Virus genome (UHGV): UHGV-1440165
Direction: 5' to 3' (one strand)
Source: a virus
DNA: 64,000 nt
How positions within the stretch are numbered: position 1 is the first letter of the stretch; each line of letters starts with the position of its first letter. This document shows positions 54,515-63,144 of the stretch, piece after piece. A program made the translations under genes and the position numbers. The notes under the pieces were generated by a model. That model made no database searches, was not told the DNA's origin, and saw only the letters and a program-made list of their open reading frames with translations.

Positions 54515-54660
54515 GATGTAATTCCTCATAATGTAGTTGGTTCGTTTCACTTTTCATTCGGCGGTGTGTTGCCGCCCTATGTGAACTATAATAGGGCACC
54601 ATTATTGAAGAGTAAAGTCTTTTTCAATAATTTTTTAAAATATTTTTGAAGTATTTTAAA

Positions 54661-54681
54661 AGGCCTCATTCGACGAGGCCT
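54661..54681 (-). terminator. Terminator hairpin
   Basis: aggcctc-attcgac-gaggcct stem-loop. Confidence 0.5.
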
Positions 54682-54710
54682 GGAGGGAAGGTGATGTGAA
54701 GTAAAAAGTT

Positions 54711-54917
54711 TTAGCTCGGACGAAATCTTACAAACTCGCGAGCCAATTCGGCCTGCTCAGCACTGATGGGAACCCCATGAAAGTCTACCTGACCATTCTT
54801 CCAGCCGTGGATGAAACTCGGGGATTCATCGCCAGACAGGGCATACCCCTTGCGGGACATCTCATACCCGCGCTGGATCTCACTGTCGTCCAGCTTGTTC
54901 AGTTCTTCTAGAGTCAT
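54711..54917 (-). CDS. Hypothetical protein
   Basis: 68-aa ORF coupled to the primase stop. Confidence 0.4.
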   Translation of the reverse strand: MTLEELNKLDDSEIQRGYEMSRKGYALSGDESPSFIHGWKNGQVDFHGVPISAEQAELAREFVRFRPS

Positions 54918-55975
54918 CGTACTTTCCTCAGTTCGGCAAATTGTAATGATGCGGCCATACCCTGGTAGACGTTCTGAGCAATCAGCTTCAGGAGGTCTCG
55001 TATGGCCATGTTACCCTTCGAAGGCATAACCATATCGTTGATGTCCTTCCACGGAATGTTCGGTGGGAAGAGGACGACCTTGACACCTTTATCTATCATC
55101 TTCTGAATACCGTCGCACACTTGAGGGTTTCGGTACTGGTTGTCAGGGATATAGATGTCTCCCTTCACGCTCAGCAAATCCGCATCAGCTGATGCAAGAC
55201 AGTTGGGTAGGAACAGACTGTCAATCGGACCTTCCACGACCAGCTTGGTCTTGTGAATGTTCACCCGGTCTTCACCATACACCTTCGTGTCTTCATCGCG
55301 GGGCTTGACAGTAGAATACCGGAGCACACCATCACGCACTTCAAATGCACGCCCCTGAACGACCTTCATGCGACCATCCTGAGTCCAGAATGGGATTACC
55401 AGGCGCTCGTCATCGGGGATTTTCAGCTGCTTCTCAGGGTTCGTTTCGAACTGGAGTAGATCCTGGCGGAAGTGCTGGGTGTAATACAGGAGGGGCAACG
55501 TGCTCTCCGGCATTCCCCTGCCCTGTACGTACTGTCGAGCCTTATGGTCAGGCGGTAGCAGATCAAGTCTGAGCATATTGCCGAGGAGGCTCTCGTCGCG
55601 TTTAGCCTCCATTGAACCGATACGGGCTGTCTGTGTCAGCTTTGGCAAAGGCTTCAGCGCCGGGAGCGGCTTGGAAGATGAATCACCCAGCAGACGGAAC
55701 TTCTCCATGTTGTACTCGGTGGACAAGCGTTCATCAAACTTCTTCAGCCAGAACTCAAACGCCCAGCCGTTCATCTGGTTGCAGTTGTGGCACTTGAACC
55801 GGAAGCAGTCATGGTCCCGGTCGAAAAAGAAGTACCCACGACGCTTGTTGGCAGACTTCGTGGAGTCACCACACAGGGGGCAGCGGAAGTTCGCAACCGA
55901 TCCCACGCGCTCCCACTTGAACTTGTCAAGGCGCGGTGACACGTTGTTGATAAATTGCTCGTCAAGAAATTTCAT
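54914..55975 (-). CDS. 61: DNA primase (T4 gp61-like)
   Basis: Zinc ribbon RCPLCGDS...CHNC and TOPRIM VVEGPIDSLF as in gp61; ATG 55975 overlaps the upstream stop (TAATG). Confidence 0.85.
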   Translation of the reverse strand: MKFLDEQFINNVSPRLDKFKWERVGSVANFRCPLCGDSTKSANKRRGYFFFDRDHDCFRFKCHNCNQMNGWAFEFWLKKFDERLSTEYNMEKFRLLGDSSSKPLPALKPLPKLTQTARIGSMEAKRDESLLGNMLRLDLLPPDHKARQYVQGRGMPESTLPLLYYTQHFRQDLLQFETNPEKQLKIPDDERLVIPFWTQDGRMKVVQGRAFEVRDGVLRYSTVKPRDEDTKVYGEDRVNIHKTKLVVEGPIDSLFLPNCLASADADLLSVKGDIYIPDNQYRNPQVCDGIQKMIDKGVKVVLFPPNIPWKDINDMVMPSKGNMAIRDLLKLIAQNVYQGMAASLQFAELRKVR

Positions 55976-56586
55976 TAGATCTTCGGCCTCTGGAACACTT
56001 CGGTCACAGTATAGTCTACACCACGACTTTGAGCTATACACAGTTGTCGCCAAGCCCCATACAGGATATTCTGCTCCCCGGCAGTGTTGCGCTCAAAGTG
56101 GGCGAAGCCGTCAAGGAGTTCCATGTAGCTGCGCATATGCCGGGTAACGGTTCTTCCTCTCTTGATCTGTTCATCAAGATACTTCTGATAATGCTCTGGT
56201 GATGACAATGAAGAGTACTGCATGTCTGGCACATGAACTGGCATCAGGGACTTGCGGGGTGTGAAGTAGAACAACCCCCACTTTGGTGGCAGGTCTTCAA
56301 CCCTGATCACGTCCTGAGGGCAGACATAAAAGCGGTATGCGCCCATTCCTGTTGTGGGGTCCATCCGATGGGGCTTCTTCTTGTCAGTGAGGAAGTCGGC
56401 GCGGGACACCTTCACTTCCATCAGGACAGAGCACCCACCTGAACGAAACCCGATGGCATCAGGTGATTCTTTGTTGTCAAACGAATTTGGCTCGATGAAG
56501 ACAGCGCCGCAGTTCATGCGACCGCGCAGGTAGTTGGCCGCGATCTCACATCCTTCACGATGTGTCGGGGTAAAGATTTTGCTCAT
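55975..56586 (-). CDS. PD-(D/E)xK nuclease-fold protein (candidate)
   Basis: DAIGF ... VLMEVKV (D...ExK) pattern; ATG 56586 with AAGGAAAGGA SD. Confidence 0.4.
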   Translation of the reverse strand: MSKIFTPTHREGCEIAANYLRGRMNCGAVFIEPNSFDNKESPDAIGFRSGGCSVLMEVKVSRADFLTDKKKPHRMDPTTGMGAYRFYVCPQDVIRVEDLPPKWGLFYFTPRKSLMPVHVPDMQYSSLSSPEHYQKYLDEQIKRGRTVTRHMRSYMELLDGFAHFERNTAGEQNILYGAWRQLCIAQSRGVDYTVTEVFQRPKI

Positions 56587-56643
56587 TGTCCTTTCCTTTC
56601 GGTGAATAATGAGCAAAATTATATGCCTTTATTTTGTATTGAC

Positions 56644-56997
56644 TTACGACAGCTGCTTCAGTTTGTAGATCGTCTGATAACACAGCGTCTTGATTTCATC
56701 AAGCGTGTTCTGAAGGTGGGAGTCACACTGCCTGTAGATGCCATCGACGTCTATCACCACGCTGTTGACATAGGAGATAGGGTCTGGGTTATAGAGCTTG
56801 ATGTTCTCAAACGACGGAACGTACTGGCCACCCGCACCGATGTATGCTTCGGTAAACGTGTCCAGCAAGTCCTCCAGTTCCCCGTAGAACTCCCCGAGAG
56901 CTTTGTGCTTGGCGTAGGACGTTGTAACGAAGTGCAGGGCATGAGAGTGGGCTATAGCAAGCAGTCCACGGTTGATGAAAATACTCGCGTTAACCAT
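56644..56997 (-). CDS. Hypothetical protein
   Basis: 117-aa ORF. Confidence 0.45.
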   Translation of the reverse strand: MVNASIFINRGLLAIAHSHALHFVTTSYAKHKALGEFYGELEDLLDTFTEAYIGAGGQYVPSFENIKLYNPDPISYVNSVVIDVDGIYRQCDSHLQNTLDEIKTLCYQTIYKLKQLS

Positions 56998-57086
56998 GAT
57001 TTGTTTCCTGTATTGTGAACCATCTAGTATTTAGTGTTAATGGGTCCATGAGGTACTATATAGAATAATATAACTGGAGAACGAAA

Positions 57087-57692
57087 ATGAAAACTTTTCA
57101 AGACTTTCTGACCGAAGCCGCGCCGCCGATGTTTGTTCATATCAAGGCAGACAAGATCGGCAAATCCACCGAAGACAATATCGGTACTTTCTTGCGAGTT
57201 AGTGTTAGTGGCGACAAAGCCACCTTTGAAACCCCTGACGGTCGCAAGATAATCCTGACGGGTGCTAAAGACATCATCTCGGCATCTGGCCTGAAAGATG
57301 GGCAGTTTGCCAGTGCCCAGATGATTGACAAGGTTGATACTGACACCGCTGTCAAGTACAACAAATCAGGCAAATATATTGACTTGTTGGATGTCAAATC
57401 AGGTATGGGTAATTCCTTTATCTCCATTGACGGTAACAAGCAATGGAAAGAAATGACCGAAGGTGGTTGGTATGCGTATAAAGGCGGTCGCCCCGGCTTG
57501 GCTCGTTATAAGATCGCTATGGTTATGGGACCTCATGCGGGTATGCCATCTCCTGGGGAAGATATTGAATACGAGTTACCGAATGGCGGCAAAGAACGCG
57601 GAACCGTCATGAAACTGAATGGTGCATCCAAGCTGATGGATGTCAAAAACGAAAAAGGTAAGAAAGTACAAGTCAGTATGTATGTGAAATAA
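57087..57692 (+). CDS. IP-like internal head protein candidate
   Basis: N-terminus MKTFQDFLTEAAPP matches the T4 IP capsid-targeting consensus and the 99-329 N-terminus; Lys/Gly-rich 201 aa. Confidence 0.5.
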   Translation: MKTFQDFLTEAAPPMFVHIKADKIGKSTEDNIGTFLRVSVSGDKATFETPDGRKIILTGAKDIISASGLKDGQFASAQMIDKVDTDTAVKYNKSGKYIDLLDVKSGMGNSFISIDGNKQWKEMTEGGWYAYKGGRPGLARYKIAMVMGPHAGMPSPGEDIEYELPNGGKERGTVMKLNGASKLMDVKNEKGKKVQVSMYVK

Positions 57693-57697
57693 CAAAA

Positions 57698-57722
57698 CCC
57701 CGCGAAAAGCGGGGTTTATTTT
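57698..57722. terminator. Bidirectional rho-independent terminator
   Basis: ccccgc-gaaaa-gcgggg hairpin flanked by A and T runs. Confidence 0.65.
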
Positions 57723-57752
57723 ACGACTCACCCGGTTGCAAAGTTCACCCTT

Positions 57753-58322
57753 CTACACAGGCTTGACGCCGAGGAACTTGGCGATATCAGCAGCCAGGTT
57801 TTTACCCTTGCTGATGTCGTGTTCTTTACCGCCGACAGTAACGATTACATATGGATCGTCTTCACCGCCGAAGTTCACAGACACAGCCTTACCATGGCCA
57901 GGGATGCCAGAGTATTCGAACTCAGTACGACCACTCTTGCGAGACTTGCCAACACCCAGTGCTTTACCGATCATCTTGTCCATGTTCGCCAGTTCCTGAG
58001 CATAGGCTTCAGTCACCTGGCCTTTGTCAGCAGACTTGCCAAAGAAGAATTCGAAACCGTCATGGACAGCAACGACTTCCTGACCTTGGGAGATACCGTG
58101 AGTCTGGTCTGGGGTCAGTTTCACCTTGATGGTGTTGCCGTTGGTTAACTCCAGGTTGTAGACATCCGCCTGATTGTCAGGAGTGATCTGGGTCACGGTA
58201 GCACCGGAGCACCACTGAGTGCCATCGGCCTGTTTGGTGATGGATACGCTTTTGCCTTGGACACCAGCATGGGTCTGAGGCTGTGCAGCTTGCTCTTTAA
58301 AATATTCGATAAAAGGTTTCAT
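57753..58322 (-). CDS. IP-like internal head protein candidate
   Basis: ATG 58322 gives MKPFIEYFKEQAAQP (capsid-targeting-like) with GAGGAGA SD; Gly/Lys-rich. Confidence 0.45.
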   Translation of the reverse strand: MKPFIEYFKEQAAQPQTHAGVQGKSVSITKQADGTQWCSGATVTQITPDNQADVYNLELTNGNTIKVKLTPDQTHGISQGQEVVAVHDGFEFFFGKSADKGQVTEAYAQELANMDKMIGKALGVGKSRKSGRTEFEYSGIPGHGKAVSVNFGGEDDPYVIVTVGGKEHDISKGKNLAADIAKFLGVKPV

Positions 58323-58394
58323 TGGATCTCTCCTCGGGGATTTAGATGTAATTAGCCCCCGGAGGGGCTTTATTCTGTTCAAGACCAGCTAGTT

Positions 58395-60398
58395 TCACCA
58401 AACATTCAGAAATAGTGCATGACCCATACCGCCGTTTGACTGAAGAGACCATTTTCCTGTTTCTCTTCCCAGGCGTTCTATGTTGTTGAGTTGGTTTATC
58501 GACAATTCAGAAGAGTCGAATAATACCACATCACGTTTTTTGGGTTCTCTCAAATAAGGTCCGAGATCAATATCAATCATCCGGTTTATAAATTCTACTA
58601 CTTCGGCTTGTTTCTTTGGTAATGTGATATCCGGCCTGTTTGTCACTTTCTCCAAGCGTCTATTTTCTGCGCTTATCATGGACAGCATAATTTGTGTAAC
58701 TTTGCCGTCAGACAAGTTGTAATCGTTCCAAATCACTTCACCTTTATCCGTGATGGTTATATCATTCAAGAAAACCTGGTTTGGGTTGTATGTCTGACTT
58801 TTCAACTGTTGGAGGTTTCTGGAAAGATATTCCATTTTTGATGAGATTTCATCGATCATGGATTGAACAATATCTTTCTTCAAAGTAAGTTCATAGGTCT
58901 TCGGATTGTTCAGGGTACGCCCTTTCTGGGAGACAATTGGGGTGAATGCAACTTTGCCTTTGTCATGATAATAGGTTACGTTGGTTATCATAGAAGTACC
59001 GGCATATTTTCCGGTTTCAGGGAAATTGATTCCAGACCAAGTGATGGACATGCCGTTCTCTGTTTCCCCGAACACTGATGCGTTTTTCGGGATTCGCAGA
59101 TCTTTAGAACTGATTGCATTTGGATTCGGTTCTGCTGCTTTCGCCTGAGGAGCCAACTGATCGATAGCACCCTGTACCACTCCAGTCAATTTGGATGGTT
59201 TGGTGATGTCGATGTCACGGATTACGATAGGCTGGCCGATGGTTTGCCCACCAGGTCCCAATTCTGTAACTGCCTTGACTGTCAAGACAATCGGATCACT
59301 CCCTTTGATGATGCCACGGTTGATTGTGGCCACCACTGCAGATTTACCGCCGAATGTCAAGCTACCAGAGGCCATTGTCATAGAGGATACGCCGCGAAGA
59401 TCATTCACTTTGTAGAATGCGTTCACCAGAGCACGCCAGCGGTCTGTTGTGAGTTCGGCTGCCGTGGTTTGAGCAGGAGCCACAGCCCCAACGCCAAATT
59501 CAACATAAGCCACAATCTTACCACCAGACTTCAGTTCCCAACCCATGCCCTGGCGGTCAGAAGCCGCCATGATTTTGCGATCCACTTCCCCACGACCAAC
59601 ATACTCTTTGTCGAACACAGTTACCTGGGCGATGGTTTGGGTGCGGGCAATCTTCGCCATTGCGCCATCTTTGACCATGATGGCCAGGTCGTTGGAACTC
59701 AGAGTCACATCGTTGGCACCGACCACCTTCACAACAGAACTGAAGATGCCGTTGGATTTTGCCATGACGGAAATGTTCCAGTCTGGATTGTTGGGCGAAG
59801 CCCCCACATCCGGAGTATTGTTCTGAACCGGAACGTCGCCGACCTTGTCTGGATCATCCCAGGTGATGCCCTGCATCTTCGGACCGTCGAATACCTGAGC
59901 CGGATCTTTGCCCTTGCGGACCAGCCACACATAACCACGGTCAGGGACAGGCGCGTAAGTCAGGTCCATGACGTTCAGTTTCTGTTTCAAACCAGACTGA
60001 CGGATGATCTTTGGAATCAGGGTCATACCGCGATCCAGGGCTTTCTTGGAGAAGTTCACAGCATAGCCATCGATAGTCTTGCCAAGAGGAGTCGCCATGA
60101 ATTGTTTGGTCGCTTCGATCATGGAGGCGATGACGCGCATTGGGTTCTTGAAGCGAGCAATAGCGTCAGGGTAGACGGAGCCGCGCTTCTGGCCTATGAA
60201 GACCTGGCGGACATTCTTGCCCAACCCCTGTGGGGTATAGAACTGGATGCGGTATTCTTTTTCATCTTCGTCGATGAAGGTGAAGAACACATCGCCTGCG
60301 TTCTTCTTGCCCATGGTCAGCTCATACGGAGCGGAGTTGAACGCTTCGTCCAACTGATCTCTTTCCTGCATGAACTGGAGGAAACTTGGCTTTGACAT
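58395..60398 (-). CDS. Large hypothetical protein, possibly virion-packaged
   Basis: 667 aa; N-terminus MSKPSFLQFMQERDQLDE has L-x-E sites reminiscent of prohead-protease targeting; no catalytic motif identified. Confidence 0.5.
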   Translation of the reverse strand: MSKPSFLQFMQERDQLDEAFNSAPYELTMGKKNAGDVFFTFIDEDEKEYRIQFYTPQGLGKNVRQVFIGQKRGSVYPDAIARFKNPMRVIASMIEATKQFMATPLGKTIDGYAVNFSKKALDRGMTLIPKIIRQSGLKQKLNVMDLTYAPVPDRGYVWLVRKGKDPAQVFDGPKMQGITWDDPDKVGDVPVQNNTPDVGASPNNPDWNISVMAKSNGIFSSVVKVVGANDVTLSSNDLAIMVKDGAMAKIARTQTIAQVTVFDKEYVGRGEVDRKIMAASDRQGMGWELKSGGKIVAYVEFGVGAVAPAQTTAAELTTDRWRALVNAFYKVNDLRGVSSMTMASGSLTFGGKSAVVATINRGIIKGSDPIVLTVKAVTELGPGGQTIGQPIVIRDIDITKPSKLTGVVQGAIDQLAPQAKAAEPNPNAISSKDLRIPKNASVFGETENGMSITWSGINFPETGKYAGTSMITNVTYYHDKGKVAFTPIVSQKGRTLNNPKTYELTLKKDIVQSMIDEISSKMEYLSRNLQQLKSQTYNPNQVFLNDITITDKGEVIWNDYNLSDGKVTQIMLSMISAENRRLEKVTNRPDITLPKKQAEVVEFINRMIDIDLGPYLREPKKRDVVLFDSSELSINQLNNIERLGRETGKWSLQSNGGMGHALFLNVW

Positions 60399-60443
60399 TT
60401 TATATCTCCTGATGGGAATATGGCGGTTTCCCTTAATTAGCGA

Positions 60444-60671
60444 TCAGCCGCGCAATTGATACTGCATGATTCGTGAAAAGCTATCGCTTGTCAGGACGCA
60501 TCCTTCAACGATTTCCACAGAAAGATCCTGATCCACCCGATAACGCTTGCCATTCAAATCAAAGTAAACATAGAAATAACCGCGACGTTCCACCATATCC
60601 AGATTACTGATGCTTGAAACTTCTGGCAATTTGGTGATGATCGACTGAACGATATAAGACAACACATTCAT
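60444..60671 (-). CDS. Hypothetical protein
   Basis: ATG 60671 with leader CCGAAGGAACTATATC; ORF-track start is a TTG extension. Confidence 0.4.
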   Translation of the reverse strand: MNVLSYIVQSIITKLPEVSSISNLDMVERRGYFYVYFDLNGKRYRVDQDLSVEIVEGCVLTSDSFSRIMQYQLRG

Positions 60672-60693
60672 GATATAGTTCCTTCGGTTCAAA

Positions 60694-60927
60694 TTAAAGA
60701 GAGGCTTCAGATTTCACAACAGCTACCAGGGCGGCAATTTTCTTGCTGCTGGTAATCTTTTTACGGCTACCCTGGTTGCCCGCTTTCGGGGTGTTCAGCT
60801 GTACTACTGGGGTGTCAGTCTCGGCACCGTAAACGTGGTAAAAACCTTCACCTTCAACAGTAAATGTAGCGTGGGAAGCAAAGCGGCTAACTGCTGGTAC
60901 AAAGTAAAAACCGGTTACTGTAGTCAT
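60694..60927 (-). CDS. Hypothetical protein
   Basis: ATG 60927 with leader CGAAGGAACTACACC. Confidence 0.4.
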   Translation of the reverse strand: MTTVTGFYFVPAVSRFASHATFTVEGEGFYHVYGAETDTPVVQLNTPKAGNQGSRKKITSSKKIAALVAVVKSEASL

Positions 60928-61003
60928 GGTGTAGTTCCTTCGTTTCAAGTTGGTGTCGTACTGCTTATGTATTGAAGTATAGGGAAGGTTATTGAAGAAG
61001 TAA

Positions 61004-61024
61004 AGGGGCAAAAGCCCCTTTTAT
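61004..61024. terminator. Bidirectional terminator hairpin
   Basis: aggggc-aaaa-gcccct stem-loop followed by TTTTA. Confidence 0.55.
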
Positions 61025-61034
61025 TGAATTATTT

Positions 61035-61673
61035 TTACGGTGTTGGGTTCACAACAGGAATATGGAATCTGATTCCAGCGATGATGTCCTTCAGCTGAGG
61101 TTTCCAGCCAGCCACCAAGCGAGGGAGAGCGACAGAACCGGGCTGAACTAAAATGATGTCGCTGCCTGTGATGTTGTGCTGAGGGAATTGGGCAAGATAT
61201 TGCTCCATTGTGACGCCCGGATCAATCAGAACAGGACCAACATCAGATGATGCATAAGTCGCACCCAGACCGTCAACACCCCATGCCAAGATACCCCAGT
61301 CAGGGATGTTGGCTTCAGATGTGATGGTGAACCCAAACACGGTGTTCAGCGAGGTGAAGGAGTAGACGTCGTGAGTGATGTCATACACCAGATACCCCTT
61401 GGCCAGCATATCGGCAAAGATCGCGTCTGTGTCTCCCGCCGCTGGAGTCGGTACGGTAAACAACAGCTCACCAGCCGGAGGAACAGGATACGTGCCGAGG
61501 GCATAGAGGCACCATGCGTCAATGCACTTCTTAATGAATGTCTCTGACGCCACATAATCGGCAAGGCGAACCGTGCCTGAGTACTCGGATACGATGATGC
61601 CTTCCTTCGCGCCCTGTAGAGCAATGAAGACCAAGATATGTTCATATCCGGTCTGGGATGGAGTGATGTTCAT
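61035..61673 (-). CDS. Hypothetical protein
   Basis: 212-aa ORF. Confidence 0.5.
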   Translation of the reverse strand: MNITPSQTGYEHILVFIALQGAKEGIIVSEYSGTVRLADYVASETFIKKCIDAWCLYALGTYPVPPAGELLFTVPTPAAGDTDAIFADMLAKGYLVYDITHDVYSFTSLNTVFGFTITSEANIPDWGILAWGVDGLGATYASSDVGPVLIDPGVTMEQYLAQFPQHNITGSDIILVQPGSVALPRLVAGWKPQLKDIIAGIRFHIPVVNPTP

Positions 61674-62287
61674 TATCTTGTCCTCTTCAGTTTCTCTATT
61701 GTGCGCTTGTTCATGGCGATCACCTGAGGGTCCACCTCAGAGATTGAGCGCCCTTTGAAGGACACACATTTCTGAAGATATTTAGCTTTCTTCACGACGT
61801 CAGCAGCATATGCATTGGACGCAGAATTACGGGCGAAGCCAGCATTGTACGAGGAGAGGGATTTGCGGACATTCTGTTTGTGATAGGTCAACCAGAACTG
61901 CATCTCATCGAGGGCGGCCTGAGCAGCATATTCCTGATCAGTCAGCAGCTTGACAGCAACATTGGCATAACACTTGCGATTCTTACAACCTTCGCGATCA
62001 CCAACAGTCTTCACCTTATTCTGAAAGGCTCCCATGTTGGCCGCCTTGAGGCCGTATCGCATTGACACTACATCTTCACCAGCGCGGCTCTCTCGCCAGG
62101 ATATGGCAGCCAGGGTGTAACCAAGATCTTGTGTCTTGCCTATGTGATAGGCAGTTGCCAGCGTATTAAGTTGTTGCTCAGAGAAATCATAAACACATTG
62201 ACTTGTATTTTGGGAAGCGTGCACATTCCCGCTGGCAATGGTAAAGGTCACGGATAAGGCCATGGCCTTCAACGTTGTCATCGTCAT
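61673..62287 (-). CDS. Secreted lytic transglycosylase-like (SLT domain) protein
   Basis: Signal-peptide-like N-terminus; SLT-type motifs ISWRESRAG, MGAFQ, SYNAGF. Confidence 0.5.
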   Translation of the reverse strand: MTMTTLKAMALSVTFTIASGNVHASQNTSQCVYDFSEQQLNTLATAYHIGKTQDLGYTLAAISWRESRAGEDVVSMRYGLKAANMGAFQNKVKTVGDREGCKNRKCYANVAVKLLTDQEYAAQAALDEMQFWLTYHKQNVRKSLSSYNAGFARNSASNAYAADVVKKAKYLQKCVSFKGRSISEVDPQVIAMNKRTIEKLKRTR

Positions 62288-62356
62288 GATGGCGTTCCTT
62301 ATGTGGTTTGTCGACTTGCAGCTCGATTGAGCCTCCTGACAGGGGTTAAAAGATAA

Positions 62357-62380
62357 AGGGCACGTGATATTTAGTGCCCT
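62357..62380 (-). terminator. Hairpin, terminator candidate
   Basis: agggcac ... gtgccct stem-loop downstream of the 62387 gene. Confidence 0.4.
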
Positions 62381-62386
62381 TCAGCC

Positions 62387-62671
62387 TCATTCGTAGATGA
62401 GGTGGTAGGATTCCTCGATACACTCCAGCCAGCCATAGACGAACTCCATCGGGTCATCCCAGGCCGTATTGGTCGCGACGGTGAAGTTGCCGTCCAGGAT
62501 CTGCATATCGTGGTACTTGTTGAAAGCGAGCACAGCGTCAACCACAATCAGGCCGCCTTGCTCAAGATAACGATTCGGATTGACCGTCACCTGATAATGC
62601 GGGTTCCGGCGGTTCCATATCTCCACAGCAATGTCACAGGATTCCTGAATTTCATCTTTGTTTTCTGACAT
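62387..62671 (-). CDS. Hypothetical protein
   Basis: 94-aa acidic ORF. Confidence 0.45.
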   Translation of the reverse strand: MSENKDEIQESCDIAVEIWNRRNPHYQVTVNPNRYLEQGGLIVVDAVLAFNKYHDMQILDGNFTVATNTAWDDPMEFVYGWLECIEESYHLIYE

Positions 62672-62981
62672 ATGTTTGTCTCAGGTGTTCAGTAAAGGAT
62701 TTACCCAGCTTGCGGAATAGTTTAATACGCCCGATGACTTTGACGTAAACATCTCCGTGACAGGGGTGCGGCTTACACCAGCACCCCAGGATCTTCCCAT
62801 CAAGCTCAAGGAGTTCATCCTCGGTGATATCCCCTTCAATCAGGCGCACATACAGATCGTCCTCAAACAACTCTATGCAGTTGCCCCGCCCGTGGTCTTT
62901 GACCTCGAATGGGTTCCCCCATTTACCGGGACGACCGATGTAGATGTCGTATGGCTCCTTCTTGAAGTGGACGACTTTCAT
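62652..62981 (-). CDS. DUF4326-like protein
   Basis: YDIYIGRPGKWGNPF ... GKILGCWCKPHPCHG matches the DUF4326 signature as recalled. Confidence 0.5.
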   Translation of the reverse strand: MKVVHFKKEPYDIYIGRPGKWGNPFEVKDHGRGNCIELFEDDLYVRLIEGDITEDELLELDGKILGCWCKPHPCHGDVYVKVIGRIKLFRKLGKSFTEHLRQTYVRKQR

Positions 62982-63142
62982 TTCAGGATTTGACCTGCAA
63001 GTAGATAACAGAACCAGACAGAGAACCCGAGATACCCCAGTGCTTTCAGGTAGTTTTTCCTTTCGGTTTCACGAGAAAATGCAATGATGTCAATGATGCA
63101 TGCAAAGATCAGAATAGCCAGTTTAATTTGTTCGTAGTTCAT
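62978..63142 (-). CDS. Small membrane protein (54 aa, below ORF-track cutoff)
   Basis: MNYEQIKLAILIFACIIDIIAF...; start sits 2 nt after the gp46-like stop and its stop overlaps the DUF4326 start. Confidence 0.3.
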   Translation of the reverse strand: MNYEQIKLAILIFACIIDIIAFSRETERKNYLKALGYLGFSVWFCYLLAGQILK

Positions 63143-63144
63143 GA

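Noticed and set aside
54026-54550. N-terminal extensions MKRTNYIMRNYIM / MNRRNYIM / MNSRNYTM on several minus-strand ORFs
   Set aside because: These are in-frame translations of the conserved AAGGAACTAxAxC leader from upstream GTG/TTG codons; the ATG immediately after the leader is the likely start
57700-57722. Possible short inverted-repeat mobile element ends at GC-rich hairpins (aaaaccccgcgaaaagcggggttt and similar)
   Set aside because: They sit at gene ends with adjacent T runs and are fully explained as rho-independent terminators
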